Below, in pieces: positions 46,492 through 56,317 of a DNA stretch of 64,000 nucleotides. Location of the stretch: NCBI GenBank assembly GCA_965220875.1, contig OZ244849.1:777791-841790 (forward strand), given 5' to 3'. This DNA is from Gammaproteobacteria bacterium. Lineage in GTDB: Bacteria; Pseudomonadota; Gammaproteobacteria; UBA4575. Each line of letters opens with the position of its first letter. Position 1 is the first letter of the stretch. Under the pieces are notes generated by a model. It was not told where the DNA came from. It did not search any database and saw only the letters and a list, made by a program, of their open reading frames with translations. A program made the position numbers and the translations under genes.

Positions 46492-48663
46492 ATGGACGTC
46501 AGCCCGATTCTTGATCCATTGAATGAGGCACAGCGAGCCGCGGTGACTTCCGAGGATGTCCCGGCCCTGGTCATTGCCGGGGCCGGCAGCGGCAAGACAC
46601 GCGTGCTGGTGCACCGGATTGCGTGGCTGTGCGAAGTACACTCCGTTTCCCCGTTCAGCGTGCTTGCAGTCACCTTTACCAACAAGGCAGCCGCAGAGAT
46701 GCGCGCACGGGTGGAAAGCCTGCTGCAACATGCGTTGGGCGGGATGTGGATCGGTACCTTTCATGGCATTTCGCATCGACTGTTACGGGCGCACTGGCAA
46801 GAGGCCGGACTCAAGGAAAATTTCCAGATTCTGGACAGCGATGACCAGTTGCGCCTGGTCAAACGCATCATCCGGGACATGGGACTGGATGATTCCAGAT
46901 GGCCGCCCAAGCAGGCCCGCGGATATATCAATGCCCGGAAAGAAGAGGGTTTGAGAGCCGGACAACTGCAGCACCGGGATGACCCTGCAGCCCGTCAACT
47001 GATCCGGATCTATACCGTCTACGAACAGGAGTGCGAACGCACGGCTTCAGTGGATTTTGCCGAACTGTTGCTGAGGAGTCTGGAACTGCTGCAGCAAAAC
47101 CAGGAGATTCTTGGCCACTACCGCAGGAAATTCCGTCATATCCTGGTAGACGAATTCCAGGATACGAATGCGATTCAGTATGCGTGGCTCAGGACATTTG
47201 CGGGAGAAGAAAACCCGGTGTTTGCGGTAGGTGACGATGATCAGTCCATTTATGGCTGGCGAGGCGCGCGTATCGAAAACCTGCATAACTTCGAGCGCGA
47301 TTACCGGAACACGCAATTGTTCAGACTGGAGCAGAATTACCGTTCAACCAATACGATACTGTCGGTCGCCAATGCACTGATCGATAACAACCGTGAACGC
47401 ATGGGGAAAAAGCTCTGGACGGAGGGTGTGACCGGTGATCCAGTCTGCCTGTATGCAGCGTTCAACGAACAGGATGAGGCACGCTTTGTAGCGGAAAGGA
47501 TCCGGCAATGGGTCGAGGCCGGTCGCAGCCGCCGGGACGACATTGCAGTGCTGTACCGCTCTAATGCCCAGTCCAGGGTTTTTGAAGAGGTTTTCATTTC
47601 GCACAGTGTCCCGTATCGCGTGTACGGAGGTTTGCGTTTCTTTGAACGGGCGGAGATCAGGGATGCCTTGGCCTACCTGCGCCTGGCAAGAAATCCGGAT
47701 GACGACCCGTCATTCGAGCGAGTCGTAAACGTGCCTTCGCGTGGTATCGGTCAACGCACGATGGCCTTGGTGCGAGACAGGGCTGTGCGAAACAGGGTCA
47801 CGCTCTGGAAGGCAGCCGAAGAAATACTGCAGTCGAAAAGCTTGACAACCCGTGCTGCCCATGCGCTTGAGCGGTTTCTGCAGCTCATGCGTACACTGGA
47901 AGAGGAAATCAGGGCGCTGGAACTGGATGCACAGATCGACCATATCCTTCGGTCAACTGGCCTGATGTCACACCATGGCCGCGAGGGCAATGAAAAAGCC
48001 AAGTCGCGGGTCGAGAACCTGAAGGAATTGGTTGTGACGGCACGCAGTTTTGATCTGGACAACGAGCTGTACAAGGAAATGCTGCCGGCAGACGCCTTTC
48101 TGGTGCATGCCGCACTCGAGGCGGGTGAAGGTCAGGGGGCGATATGGGAGGACTGCGTGCAGTTGATGACCCTGCATGCTGCCAAGGGCCTGGAGTTCGC
48201 ACTGGTATTTATAGTCGGCATGGAAGAAGACCTGTTTCCTTCCGGCATGTCGAAGGAGGAGCCGGGTCGCCTGGAGGAGGAACGGCGTCTGTGTTACGTG
48301 GGGATCACCCGTGCACGCAAGCAACTGGTATTCACCTATGCGGAGTCGAGGCGCCGCTACGGGGCCGACAGCTACTACAACTCACCCTCGCGTTTCATTG
48401 GTGAACTCCCGCCTGAACTGATTACCGAAGTGCGACCCCGTGCAATGGTTTCAACACCTGTGCGCACCCGTTCCATGCCTGGCCGCCCCAGGCAAAACTC
48501 GGGAATCGGTGTCGGAGATAGTGTGGTGCATGCCAAGTTTGGCAGGGGCGTGGTGCTCGACTGTGAAGGGGCCGGACCGAACGCGCGGGTGCAGGTAAAT
48601 TTCGAACGGGAAGGAAGCAAATGGCTGGTCCTGGCCTATGCCAACCTGGACAAGCTTGCATGA
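46492..48663 (+). CDS. uvrD: DNA helicase II UvrD
   Basis: 723 aa, collinear with E. coli UvrD from the MDVSPILDPLNEAQ start through GAGSGKTRVLVHRIAWL to the ..KWLVLAYANLDKLA end. Confidence 0.93.
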   Translation: MDVSPILDPLNEAQRAAVTSEDVPALVIAGAGSGKTRVLVHRIAWLCEVHSVSPFSVLAVTFTNKAAAEMRARVESLLQHALGGMWIGTFHGISHRLLRAHWQEAGLKENFQILDSDDQLRLVKRIIRDMGLDDSRWPPKQARGYINARKEEGLRAGQLQHRDDPAARQLIRIYTVYEQECERTASVDFAELLLRSLELLQQNQEILGHYRRKFRHILVDEFQDTNAIQYAWLRTFAGEENPVFAVGDDDQSIYGWRGARIENLHNFERDYRNTQLFRLEQNYRSTNTILSVANALIDNNRERMGKKLWTEGVTGDPVCLYAAFNEQDEARFVAERIRQWVEAGRSRRDDIAVLYRSNAQSRVFEEVFISHSVPYRVYGGLRFFERAEIRDALAYLRLARNPDDDPSFERVVNVPSRGIGQRTMALVRDRAVRNRVTLWKAAEEILQSKSLTTRAAHALERFLQLMRTLEEEIRALELDAQIDHILRSTGLMSHHGREGNEKAKSRVENLKELVVTARSFDLDNELYKEMLPADAFLVHAALEAGEGQGAIWEDCVQLMTLHAAKGLEFALVFIVGMEEDLFPSGMSKEEPGRLEEERRLCYVGITRARKQLVFTYAESRRRYGADSYYNSPSRFIGELPPELITEVRPRAMVSTPVRTRSMPGRPRQNSGIGVGDSVVHAKFGRGVVLDCEGAGPNARVQVNFEREGSKWLVLAYANLDKLA

Positions 48664-48813
48664 GCCTTGTGCGATGCCCTGTACGGAATACATTCGTGCG
48701 GGAGGCCGAGTCCAGATGATCATCCGCGGAATGTTCCGGTCGAATTTCATGCGAATTTAGAAGTCTTTCCGCAAGTAGCTTATACTGGCCCCGGAATACT
48801 GATCGGGTTGAAC

Positions 48814-49917
48814 GTGCAGAGAAGAAAATTTTTACGTTATGCGGGGGTCGGTGCGGTGCTTGCCGGGGGTCTTGCCGGATGCAAGGAAGGACCTGCTCCG
48901 GCACCGTCCAAACCGGTGGCATCCCGGGTCTGGAAATGGAAAATGGTCACTACATGGCCGAAAAACTTTCCGGGACTTGGCAGCGGGGCAGAATTTCTTG
49001 CAGAACAGATCAATGTGATGTCCGGTGGGCGGATTCACGTGGAGGTGTACGGGGCGGGCGAGCTTGTCCCGGCCTTCGAGATTTTTGATGCCGTGGAAAG
49101 TGGCTCTGCCCAGATGGGGCATGGTTCGGCCTATTACTGGAAAGGCAAGTACCCTGCCTTGCAGTTTTTTTCTACCGCCCCGTTCGGGATGACTGCCATG
49201 GAAATGAACAGCTGGTTGTACCATGGGGGTGGCATGCAGCTGTGGCGGAAGGCTTATGACCGGTTCGGCCTGGTCGCGGCAGCATCTGGAAATACCGGTG
49301 TGCAAATGGCTGGCTGGTTCAACAAGGAAGTGAATTCTCTGGACGATCTCAAAGGGCTGAAGATGCGCATACCCGGTCTGGCAGGAGAGGTGTTGAAGCG
49401 TGCGGGCGGCACCCCGGTCAATCTGCCGGGGGGCGAGTTGTTTACTGCATTGCAATCCGGTGCGATCGATGCCACGGAATGGGTAGGCCCCTATAATGAC
49501 CTGGCTTTCGGGCTCCACAAGATTGCCCGATACTACTACTATCCTGGGTGGCATGAGCCGGGCACGGCGATGGAATGCTTCATTAACAAGGCTGCTTTCG
49601 AGACACTGCCCGAAGACCTGCAGCGCATAGTAATCAACGCCTGTCGCGTGGCGAACCAGGATATGCTTGCGGAATACATTGCGCGCAACAACGATGCATT
49701 GGAGACGCTGGTGAACGAGCACCATGTCGAGTTGCGGAGACTGCCCGTGGAAGTGACCGAAAGGTTTGGAGTCCTTTCAGAGGAGGTTACTGCCGAACTG
49801 GCATCCACCGACGATTTGGCACGTGAAATATTCGACTCCTACCGCAATTTCTTGAAGAAATCACGTGCCTGGGCGGAAATTTCCGAGCGCGCGTACTTGA
49901 ACTTGCGTGCCGGATAG
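48814..49917 (+). CDS. dctP: TRAP transporter substrate-binding protein (DctP family) with a Tat-type signal
   Basis: GTG start, (V)QRRKFLRYAGVGAVLAGGLAGC.... It is a periplasmic SBP of about 365 aa. ORF 48667 begins at TTG inside the uvrD tail and is not credible upstream of this GTG. Confidence 0.8.
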   Translation: MQRRKFLRYAGVGAVLAGGLAGCKEGPAPAPSKPVASRVWKWKMVTTWPKNFPGLGSGAEFLAEQINVMSGGRIHVEVYGAGELVPAFEIFDAVESGSAQMGHGSAYYWKGKYPALQFFSTAPFGMTAMEMNSWLYHGGGMQLWRKAYDRFGLVAAASGNTGVQMAGWFNKEVNSLDDLKGLKMRIPGLAGEVLKRAGGTPVNLPGGELFTALQSGAIDATEWVGPYNDLAFGLHKIARYYYYPGWHEPGTAMECFINKAAFETLPEDLQRIVINACRVANQDMLAEYIARNNDALETLVNEHHVELRRLPVEVTERFGVLSEEVTAELASTDDLAREIFDSYRNFLKKSRAWAEISERAYLNLRAG

Positions 49918-49979
49918 CATAAAACTGTCCCTAAGCGAAATGAATTTACCATAAGAAGATATAAAGAGGAGCTGAAATC

Positions 49980-50219
49980 GTGGAAGAACTCTTTGTCCAG
50001 TGGCGTACGATGTGGGATGCCAAGGAATACACAACCCAGTTATTCTTTCTGTTTAACCTGGTGTTTGCAGTGTATGTGGCATGGCTTCCGTTTCGTGCAG
50101 CGAGCAAGGACACCACTACACTGAACCGGGGTATCATGTTTGGCTTCGGGATTGGATACGCGCTGTTGATCATTTACGCGTACATCGCACTGGTACCTAC
50201 CTTCTCTCCGTACGAGTAA
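49980..50219 (+). CDS. Hypothetical small membrane protein (2 TM)
   Basis: 79 aa. GTG start with a strong RBS (AAGAGGAG, 8 nt spacing). Confidence 0.45.
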   Translation: MEELFVQWRTMWDAKEYTTQLFFLFNLVFAVYVAWLPFRAASKDTTTLNRGIMFGFGIGYALLIIYAYIALVPTFSPYE

Positions 50220-50293
50220 TTCTTTTCCGCGGGAGCCTTCCCGCCGGGCGGGCAAGTATGCCGTGGGTGCGGCTGCCTGTGCGGGGCAAGGGC

Positions 50294-51667
50294 TCAGTAA
50301 ATTCTGTGAGGCAGCCAGGTAGCAAGGGCCGGGAAACTGGCCAGCAGGACCAGAGTCAGGACCTGCAAGGCAATAAACGGTGCCACACCACGATAGATCT
50401 GCCGGGTTCTTATTTCAGCCGGTGCCACACCACGCAGGTAAAACAGGGCGAACCCGAATGGCGGTGTCAGGAAGGAGGTCTGAAGATTGATCGCAATCAT
50501 GATTCCCAGCCAGACCGGGTCGATTCCAAGACTCAGTAACACCGGTCCCACGATCGGCACTACGACAAACGTGATCTCGATGAAGTCCAGGATGAACCCG
50601 AGCAGGAACATCAGGACCATGACTATCAGCACTGCAGAAAACGTGCCTCCAGGCAGATGCATCAGCAGGGCATGTACGGCATGATCTCCCCCGAATCCGC
50701 GAAACACGAGTGAGAAGACGGACGCCCCGATGAAGATCATGAACACCATACAGGTGATACGTACGGATTTTTGCATGACATCACGCAGGCATTCGAGGTC
50801 AAGACGGCGATAGAAGAGGGCCAGAAGCACTGCCCCTACGGCTCCCACCGATGCGGCCTCGGTGGGGGTGGCGATTCCCTGGATGATGGAGCCGAGTACC
50901 GCGATGATCAGCAGCAGTGGCGGCACGAGTACATGCAGGATCTTGCGAATCCATTCAGAAACGGTGATTTCAGACTCGTGTTTTATGGCAGGCATCGCTT
51001 GAGGCTTGATCCAGGCAATGACGACCAGGTACAGGAGATACAGCCCTACAAGCAGCAGTCCGGGGAAAATTGCACCGACAAACAAATCCCCCACAGAAAC
51101 GGTGTCAGGCGTGAAATTGCCTTGCGTGAGCTGGGACTGCTGGTATGCCGATGACAGGACATCACCCAGCAGCACCAGGATAATGGAAGGAGGGATGATT
51201 TGCCCGAGGGTGCCCGAGGCACAGATCATGCCGGTTGAAATCTCGGGCTGGTAACCTCTTTTGAGCATGGTAGGCAACGACAGCAGTCCCATGGTGACCA
51301 CTGTGGCTCCCACAATGCCGGTGCTTGCTGCCAGTAGCATGCCAACCAGGATCACGGATATTCCCAGGCCTCCTCGCAGGGAGCCGAAAAGGGTCGCCAT
51401 GGTGTCCAGCAGGGTGTCGGCAATTCTTGAACGCTGCAGCATGACACCCATGAATACGAACAGGGGCACGGCGATGAGCGTTTCGTTGGTCATGATGCCG
51501 AAGAGACGACTCGGGAAGGCATGCAGCAGGGCCGGTTCGAACGCACCGCCTGCGATTCCTCCTGCAGCAAATACCAGTGAGACCCCCGCGAGCGTGAAGG
51601 CAACCGGAAATCCGAACAGCAGTACCAGGATCACGGCAAGAAACAGGATGAAGGCAAAAATCTCCAT
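50294..51667 (-). CDS. dctM: TRAP transporter large permease subunit (DctM family)
   Basis: 457 aa, about 12 TM. Confidence 0.9.
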   Translation of the reverse strand: MEIFAFILFLAVILVLLFGFPVAFTLAGVSLVFAAGGIAGGAFEPALLHAFPSRLFGIMTNETLIAVPLFVFMGVMLQRSRIADTLLDTMATLFGSLRGGLGISVILVGMLLAASTGIVGATVVTMGLLSLPTMLKRGYQPEISTGMICASGTLGQIIPPSIILVLLGDVLSSAYQQSQLTQGNFTPDTVSVGDLFVGAIFPGLLLVGLYLLYLVVIAWIKPQAMPAIKHESEITVSEWIRKILHVLVPPLLLIIAVLGSIIQGIATPTEAASVGAVGAVLLALFYRRLDLECLRDVMQKSVRITCMVFMIFIGASVFSLVFRGFGGDHAVHALLMHLPGGTFSAVLIVMVLMFLLGFILDFIEITFVVVPIVGPVLLSLGIDPVWLGIMIAINLQTSFLTPPFGFALFYLRGVAPAEIRTRQIYRGVAPFIALQVLTLVLLASFPALATWLPHRIY

Positions 51668-51673
51668 GGCTGC

Positions 51674-52168
51674 CTATTCGCGCATAACCAGCCACGCCCG
51701 TCCGCCCATGGCAACCGCTTGCAGGAACAAAAGCACAGCCATGGCAGGAATCAGGGTTTTCAGAATAAAGACGAGTGGCAGTCCGCCTGCCTCGCGGGAT
51801 CCTTCCATGAGCTTCCACGAGTTGATGACGTAGTCAAAGCTGGTCCAGATGATGAAGCCTGTAAACGGCAGCACCAGGAGAATGCATCCGAAAAAGTTCA
51901 CCCTGGCCTGGTTCTTCCGGGACATGCCCTGGTAAATGATGTCCACGCGCACATGCTCATTGTGTTTCAGCGTGTAGGCGCCTGCGAGCATGAAAACGAA
52001 CGCGTGCAGATAGGTAATCGATTCCTGCATGGCGATGCTGCCGAAATTGAAACCGTAGCGTAATACCGCAACCGAAAAGGTAATAATCGCCATGGTAGGC
52101 AATAGCCATGCCACGAGCGTACCCATGCGTTCATTGAATGCGTTAATCCCGTCGCACAGCTTTTTCAT
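51674..52168 (-). CDS. dctQ: TRAP transporter small permease subunit (DctQ family)
   Basis: 164 aa, 4 TM, directly upstream of dctM. Confidence 0.85.
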   Translation of the reverse strand: MKKLCDGINAFNERMGTLVAWLLPTMAIITFSVAVLRYGFNFGSIAMQESITYLHAFVFMLAGAYTLKHNEHVRVDIIYQGMSRKNQARVNFFGCILLVLPFTGFIIWTSFDYVINSWKLMEGSREAGGLPLVFILKTLIPAMAVLLFLQAVAMGGRAWLVMRE

Positions 52169-52195
52169 GAAGGGCTCCAGGATGACCAGGCAGCT

Positions 52196-53137
52196 TCAGG
52201 AATCCAGTGCGGGTGTGTGGCGGATACGTGCCAGCAGGATCCGTTTGAAAACATCAGGATCCTTGATGTGAGTGATTTCACCGTCCTTGGGATAGATCTG
52301 GTCATGCAGGCGCGACAGCCAGAATCTGAGCGCCGCGGCACGCAGCATGTGCTCCCAGGTTTCAGATTCCCGGGGATGGAGTGTACGTTCCATGCGGTAG
52401 CCCTTGATCAGCGCAGCATACAGCTCCGGGTCCAGTTCGCCGCTGTCGTCGCTGCACCAGTCATTCACGGTCACGGCAAGGTCGTACAGCAGGCAATCGT
52501 TGCAGGCGTAGTAGAAATCAATGATACCGGTGAGTGCATGGCGCTTGAACATGACATTGTCGCGAAACAGGTCTGCATGCACCACGCCTTGAGGAATCTC
52601 TAACCCAAGCGGATGCTTGCGTAGATGAATCTCTTGTTCGAGCAACTGCCGGTCTTCTGAGGACAGCTTGTGGGACACCCTGCCGGCCGTGCGTTCTGCC
52701 CAGGCGATTCCTCTGGGGTTTGCCTGCATGCCGTTGAACGAATTGCCCAGCAGATGGATCTGTGCCAGGGCATGTCCCACTGCCATGCAGTGCCTTGCAT
52801 TGGGTGTCAGCACATTCTGTCCCTCGAGGCGTCGAACGATGGCTGCAGGTTTGTCCTTCAGCACAAGCACGTAATTTCCCTGCAGGTCTGCAATCGGGTG
52901 TGCGGTAGGCATTCCATGATCAGAAAGATGAGCCATGAAGTTCAGGTAATATGGCAGGCGATCGAAACCTACTTCTTCAAAGATCGTCAGTACGAACCTG
53001 CCATTTTCCGTGGTCACAAAGTAATTGGTGTTTTCGATGCCAGCATTGATTCCTTCGTGGTGTAATAATGCTCCCAGTGAGTAATTCTTCAGAAACGCTT
53101 CGAGTTCCTGTAATGTGATGTTGGTGTAAACGGACAT
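52196..53137 (-). CDS. thrB: Homoserine kinase, type II (APH-fold ThrB, Pseudomonas type)
   Basis: 313 aa with an aminoglycoside-phosphotransferase-like fold (..HADLFRDNVMF.., ..IDFYYAC..). It is adjacent to and divergent from polA, as in pseudomonads. Confidence 0.85.
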   Translation of the reverse strand: MSVYTNITLQELEAFLKNYSLGALLHHEGINAGIENTNYFVTTENGRFVLTIFEEVGFDRLPYYLNFMAHLSDHGMPTAHPIADLQGNYVLVLKDKPAAIVRRLEGQNVLTPNARHCMAVGHALAQIHLLGNSFNGMQANPRGIAWAERTAGRVSHKLSSEDRQLLEQEIHLRKHPLGLEIPQGVVHADLFRDNVMFKRHALTGIIDFYYACNDCLLYDLAVTVNDWCSDDSGELDPELYAALIKGYRMERTLHPRESETWEHMLRAAALRFWLSRLHDQIYPKDGEITHIKDPDVFKRILLARIRHTPALDS

Positions 53138-53350
53138 GTAGGCTGGCTGTGGTCGGTAAATTTGCAGTTGTTGAGGGGTTGCAGTCTACGAGTCCGGCGA
53201 ATCCTGGTTCCCGGACAACAACTCACGCTTGCCCGGGAAATACCGGGATGTACGTTCTGTGAGGAATGTCATGCAACCTTTACATAAAACACGCGCAATG
53301 ATAACGCGTCAACCGTTCTCCCTCTAGTCGTCACAGGTGTAAAACCGTAC

Positions 53351-56074
53351 ATGTCCAAAGCCCGGGTTCCACCTCTTGTTCTGGTAGATGGATCATCCTA
53401 CCTGTATAGGGCCTTTCATGTTCCGCAGTTGCAGGCGCTGACCACGCGCTCCGGTCAGCCGACCGGTGCCGTGTACGGTGTGGTCAACATGCTCAGGAAA
53501 CTGCTGGCTGAAGAGCATCCCAGCCATATTGCAGTGGTATTCGATGCCAAGGGCAAGACTTTCCGTCACGAATTGTACCCCCGGTACAAGGCCAACCGTC
53601 CGGTGATGCCGGAGGAACTTCGCATGCAGATTGCGCCCTTGCATGCTGTGATCAAGGCTCTGGGTCTGACACTGGTTTCCGTGCCGAACGTCGAGGCGGA
53701 CGATGTCATCGGAACGCTGGCATCGCATGCTGCGGATCAGGGCCATGAAGTACTGATTTCAACCGGTGACAAGGACATGGCACAGCTGGTCAATGAGCAG
53801 GTCACGCTGGTGAACACCATGACTAACTCGAAGATGGATGCATCCGGTGTCATGAAGAAATTCGGGGTGACTCCCCCGCAGATTGTCGATTTCCTGGCAT
53901 TGACCGGTGACAAGTCCGACAATGTCCCGGGCGTACCGGGTGTGGGCCTGAAAACTGCAGCAAAGTGGCTGAACAAGTACGGTACGCTGGAGCAGCTCGT
54001 CAGTCAGGCAAATGACATTCCCGGGAAGGTTGGCGAAAAACTGCGTGCACACCTTGAGTTGCTGCCTCTGGCGAAGGAACTTGTATCCATACGATGCAGC
54101 CTGGATCTTGGTATCCGTGTAGAGGATCTGCAACTGCATTCACAAGACCCGGGAGAGCTGGCAAGGCTGTACACGGAGCTTGAGTTCAAGTCCTGGTTAG
54201 GGACACTCGATTTGCCGGAAAACAGGTCGGCGGATTCAATGAAGCCGGTCAGCGCCACGGTCGTTCAAAGCTACGAGGTCGTGCTGGACGAAGCAAAACT
54301 CGACCGGTGGCTGACACGGTTGCAGCAGGCAGACAGGATCGCCATGGACATCCAGACGAATCACCCGGACGATTACATGCAGGCTGACGTGGTCGGACTT
54401 TCGTTTGCAGTGCAGCCAGGTGAGGCTGCCTATGTTCCGTTTACCCACGATTATCCCGGAGCCCCCGGGCAGCTGGACCGTACTCGCACCCTGAAGATGC
54501 TTGAACCTGTGCTGGGTGCAACGCCGGGGAAAATTCTTGGCCACAACCTGAAGTACAGCCGGAATGTACTGCTTAATCACGGAATATGTCTGAGAGGCAT
54601 ACAGCACGACACCATGCTGCAGTCCTACGTGTGCAATTCTGTAGCCAGCCGGCATGATCTCGCGACCTTGTGCGAGAAGCATCTGCAGTACACGAAAACC
54701 GATTTGAGTGGCCTTCTGGGTCAAGGTGCAAAACAGGTCAGTTTCAATCAGGTGAAGGTGGAGGATGCGGCCCAGTACGCAGCGGAATGCGCGGACATGG
54801 TACTGAGACTGTGCCCGGTATTCTGCTCTGAACTGGAGAAAGTATCCAGGCTGCAGGAACTTTATCTGGAGGTAGAGCTTCCCATGCTGAAGGTGCTGTC
54901 CAACATCGAACGTGAGGGTGTGCTGATTGATTCGGGGCAGCTCAGGGGGCAGAGCAGGGAACTGGCCGAAAGGATCAGCGAGATTGAAAGTCAGGCATTC
55001 GAGCAGGCAGGTGGGGCATTCAACCTGGGGTCACCCAAGCAGATACAGGAGATCCTGTTTGAAAAGCAGGGCTTGCCGGTTATCCGCAAAACACCCACCG
55101 GTCAGCCTTCCACGGCGGAAGACGTGCTGCAGGAACTGGCAAGAGACTATCCCTTGCCCAGGTTGCTGCTGTCGCATCGCATGCTCAGCAAGTTGAAATC
55201 GACGTATACGGACAAGCTTCCTGTGCTGGTCAACCCCCGTACAAAAAGGATACATACGTCGTACCACCAGGCGGTTGCCGCGACCGGCCGCCTGTCCTCT
55301 TCCGATCCCAACCTGCAGAATATTCCCATCCGCACTGAGGAAGGAAGGCGGATTCGAAGGGCCTTTGTTGCACCGGAGTCCTGCGTGATTCTGGCTGCCG
55401 ATTACTCGCAGATTGAATTGCGCATCATGGCGCATTTGTCGCAGGACGAAAGGCTGTGCGATGCATTTTCCAGGGGCGCTGACGTTCATCGTGCCACGGC
55501 TGCGGAAGTGTTTGCGATCAATATGGAGGATGTCGGTACCGAGCGCCGTCGCGCTGCCAAGGCGATCAACTTCGGATTGATCTACGGGATGTCTGCCTTT
55601 GGCCTGGCAGCCCAGCTCGGGATTACGCGTAAAGAGGCGCAGCAGTATGTAAATCTCTACTTTGAGCGATATCCTGGCGTGAAGAAGTTCATGGGCAATA
55701 TACGTGAACAGGCCCGCGCTCAAGGCTATGTTGAAACGCTGTTCGGCAGACGTCTATATCTGCCGGACATCAATCACAGGAATGTGAAGCTTCGCCAGTA
55801 TGCCGAGCGTACTGCCATCAACGCACCCATGCAGGGTACTGCTGCAGACATCATCAAGCGGGCCATGATTGAAATCGATGCATGGCTGGTGCACGAACAG
55901 CTGGACTGCAAGATGGTGATGCAGGTGCACGATGAACTCGTGTTTGAAGTTCACAGTGACTGCCGGGACCTTGTCATGAAAACTGTGATGCAGAAGATGG
56001 CCTCTGCGGCAGAACTCTCCGTTCCGCTCGTAGTGGATGCCAAGTTCGGTGCCAACTGGGATGAAGCGCATTGA
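53351..56074 (+). CDS. polA: DNA polymerase I
   Basis: 907 aa with 5'-3' exonuclease, 3'-5' exonuclease and polymerase domains (..RRAAKAINFGLIYG.., ..QVHDELVFE..). Confidence 0.95.
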   Translation: MSKARVPPLVLVDGSSYLYRAFHVPQLQALTTRSGQPTGAVYGVVNMLRKLLAEEHPSHIAVVFDAKGKTFRHELYPRYKANRPVMPEELRMQIAPLHAVIKALGLTLVSVPNVEADDVIGTLASHAADQGHEVLISTGDKDMAQLVNEQVTLVNTMTNSKMDASGVMKKFGVTPPQIVDFLALTGDKSDNVPGVPGVGLKTAAKWLNKYGTLEQLVSQANDIPGKVGEKLRAHLELLPLAKELVSIRCSLDLGIRVEDLQLHSQDPGELARLYTELEFKSWLGTLDLPENRSADSMKPVSATVVQSYEVVLDEAKLDRWLTRLQQADRIAMDIQTNHPDDYMQADVVGLSFAVQPGEAAYVPFTHDYPGAPGQLDRTRTLKMLEPVLGATPGKILGHNLKYSRNVLLNHGICLRGIQHDTMLQSYVCNSVASRHDLATLCEKHLQYTKTDLSGLLGQGAKQVSFNQVKVEDAAQYAAECADMVLRLCPVFCSELEKVSRLQELYLEVELPMLKVLSNIEREGVLIDSGQLRGQSRELAERISEIESQAFEQAGGAFNLGSPKQIQEILFEKQGLPVIRKTPTGQPSTAEDVLQELARDYPLPRLLLSHRMLSKLKSTYTDKLPVLVNPRTKRIHTSYHQAVAATGRLSSSDPNLQNIPIRTEEGRRIRRAFVAPESCVILAADYSQIELRIMAHLSQDERLCDAFSRGADVHRATAAEVFAINMEDVGTERRRAAKAINFGLIYGMSAFGLAAQLGITRKEAQQYVNLYFERYPGVKKFMGNIREQARAQGYVETLFGRRLYLPDINHRNVKLRQYAERTAINAPMQGTAADIIKRAMIEIDAWLVHEQLDCKMVMQVHDELVFEVHSDCRDLVMKTVMQKMASAAELSVPLVVDAKFGANWDEAH

Positions 56075-56317
56075 TTGCCACTGGTTTGGCCCGGCCCGCG
56101 CAGGCCAATGGTTGCCCGCGTTTCAAAAACAGCCCATACAGGTAGGATCGGGCAGGGGAGAATGCAGTACGCGAGGTGTACACTCCTCCCCCAGCCGGCC
56201 AGTCCTGTAAGGCAGGTTATTCGTACTCCTGTGCTTCCGACTAGCTTTGACTGCACAGGGAGGCTGTCACTTTTCTGCCTGCCCTACAGGGGACATGTAT
56301 GCTGATTCAGGCCGGAG

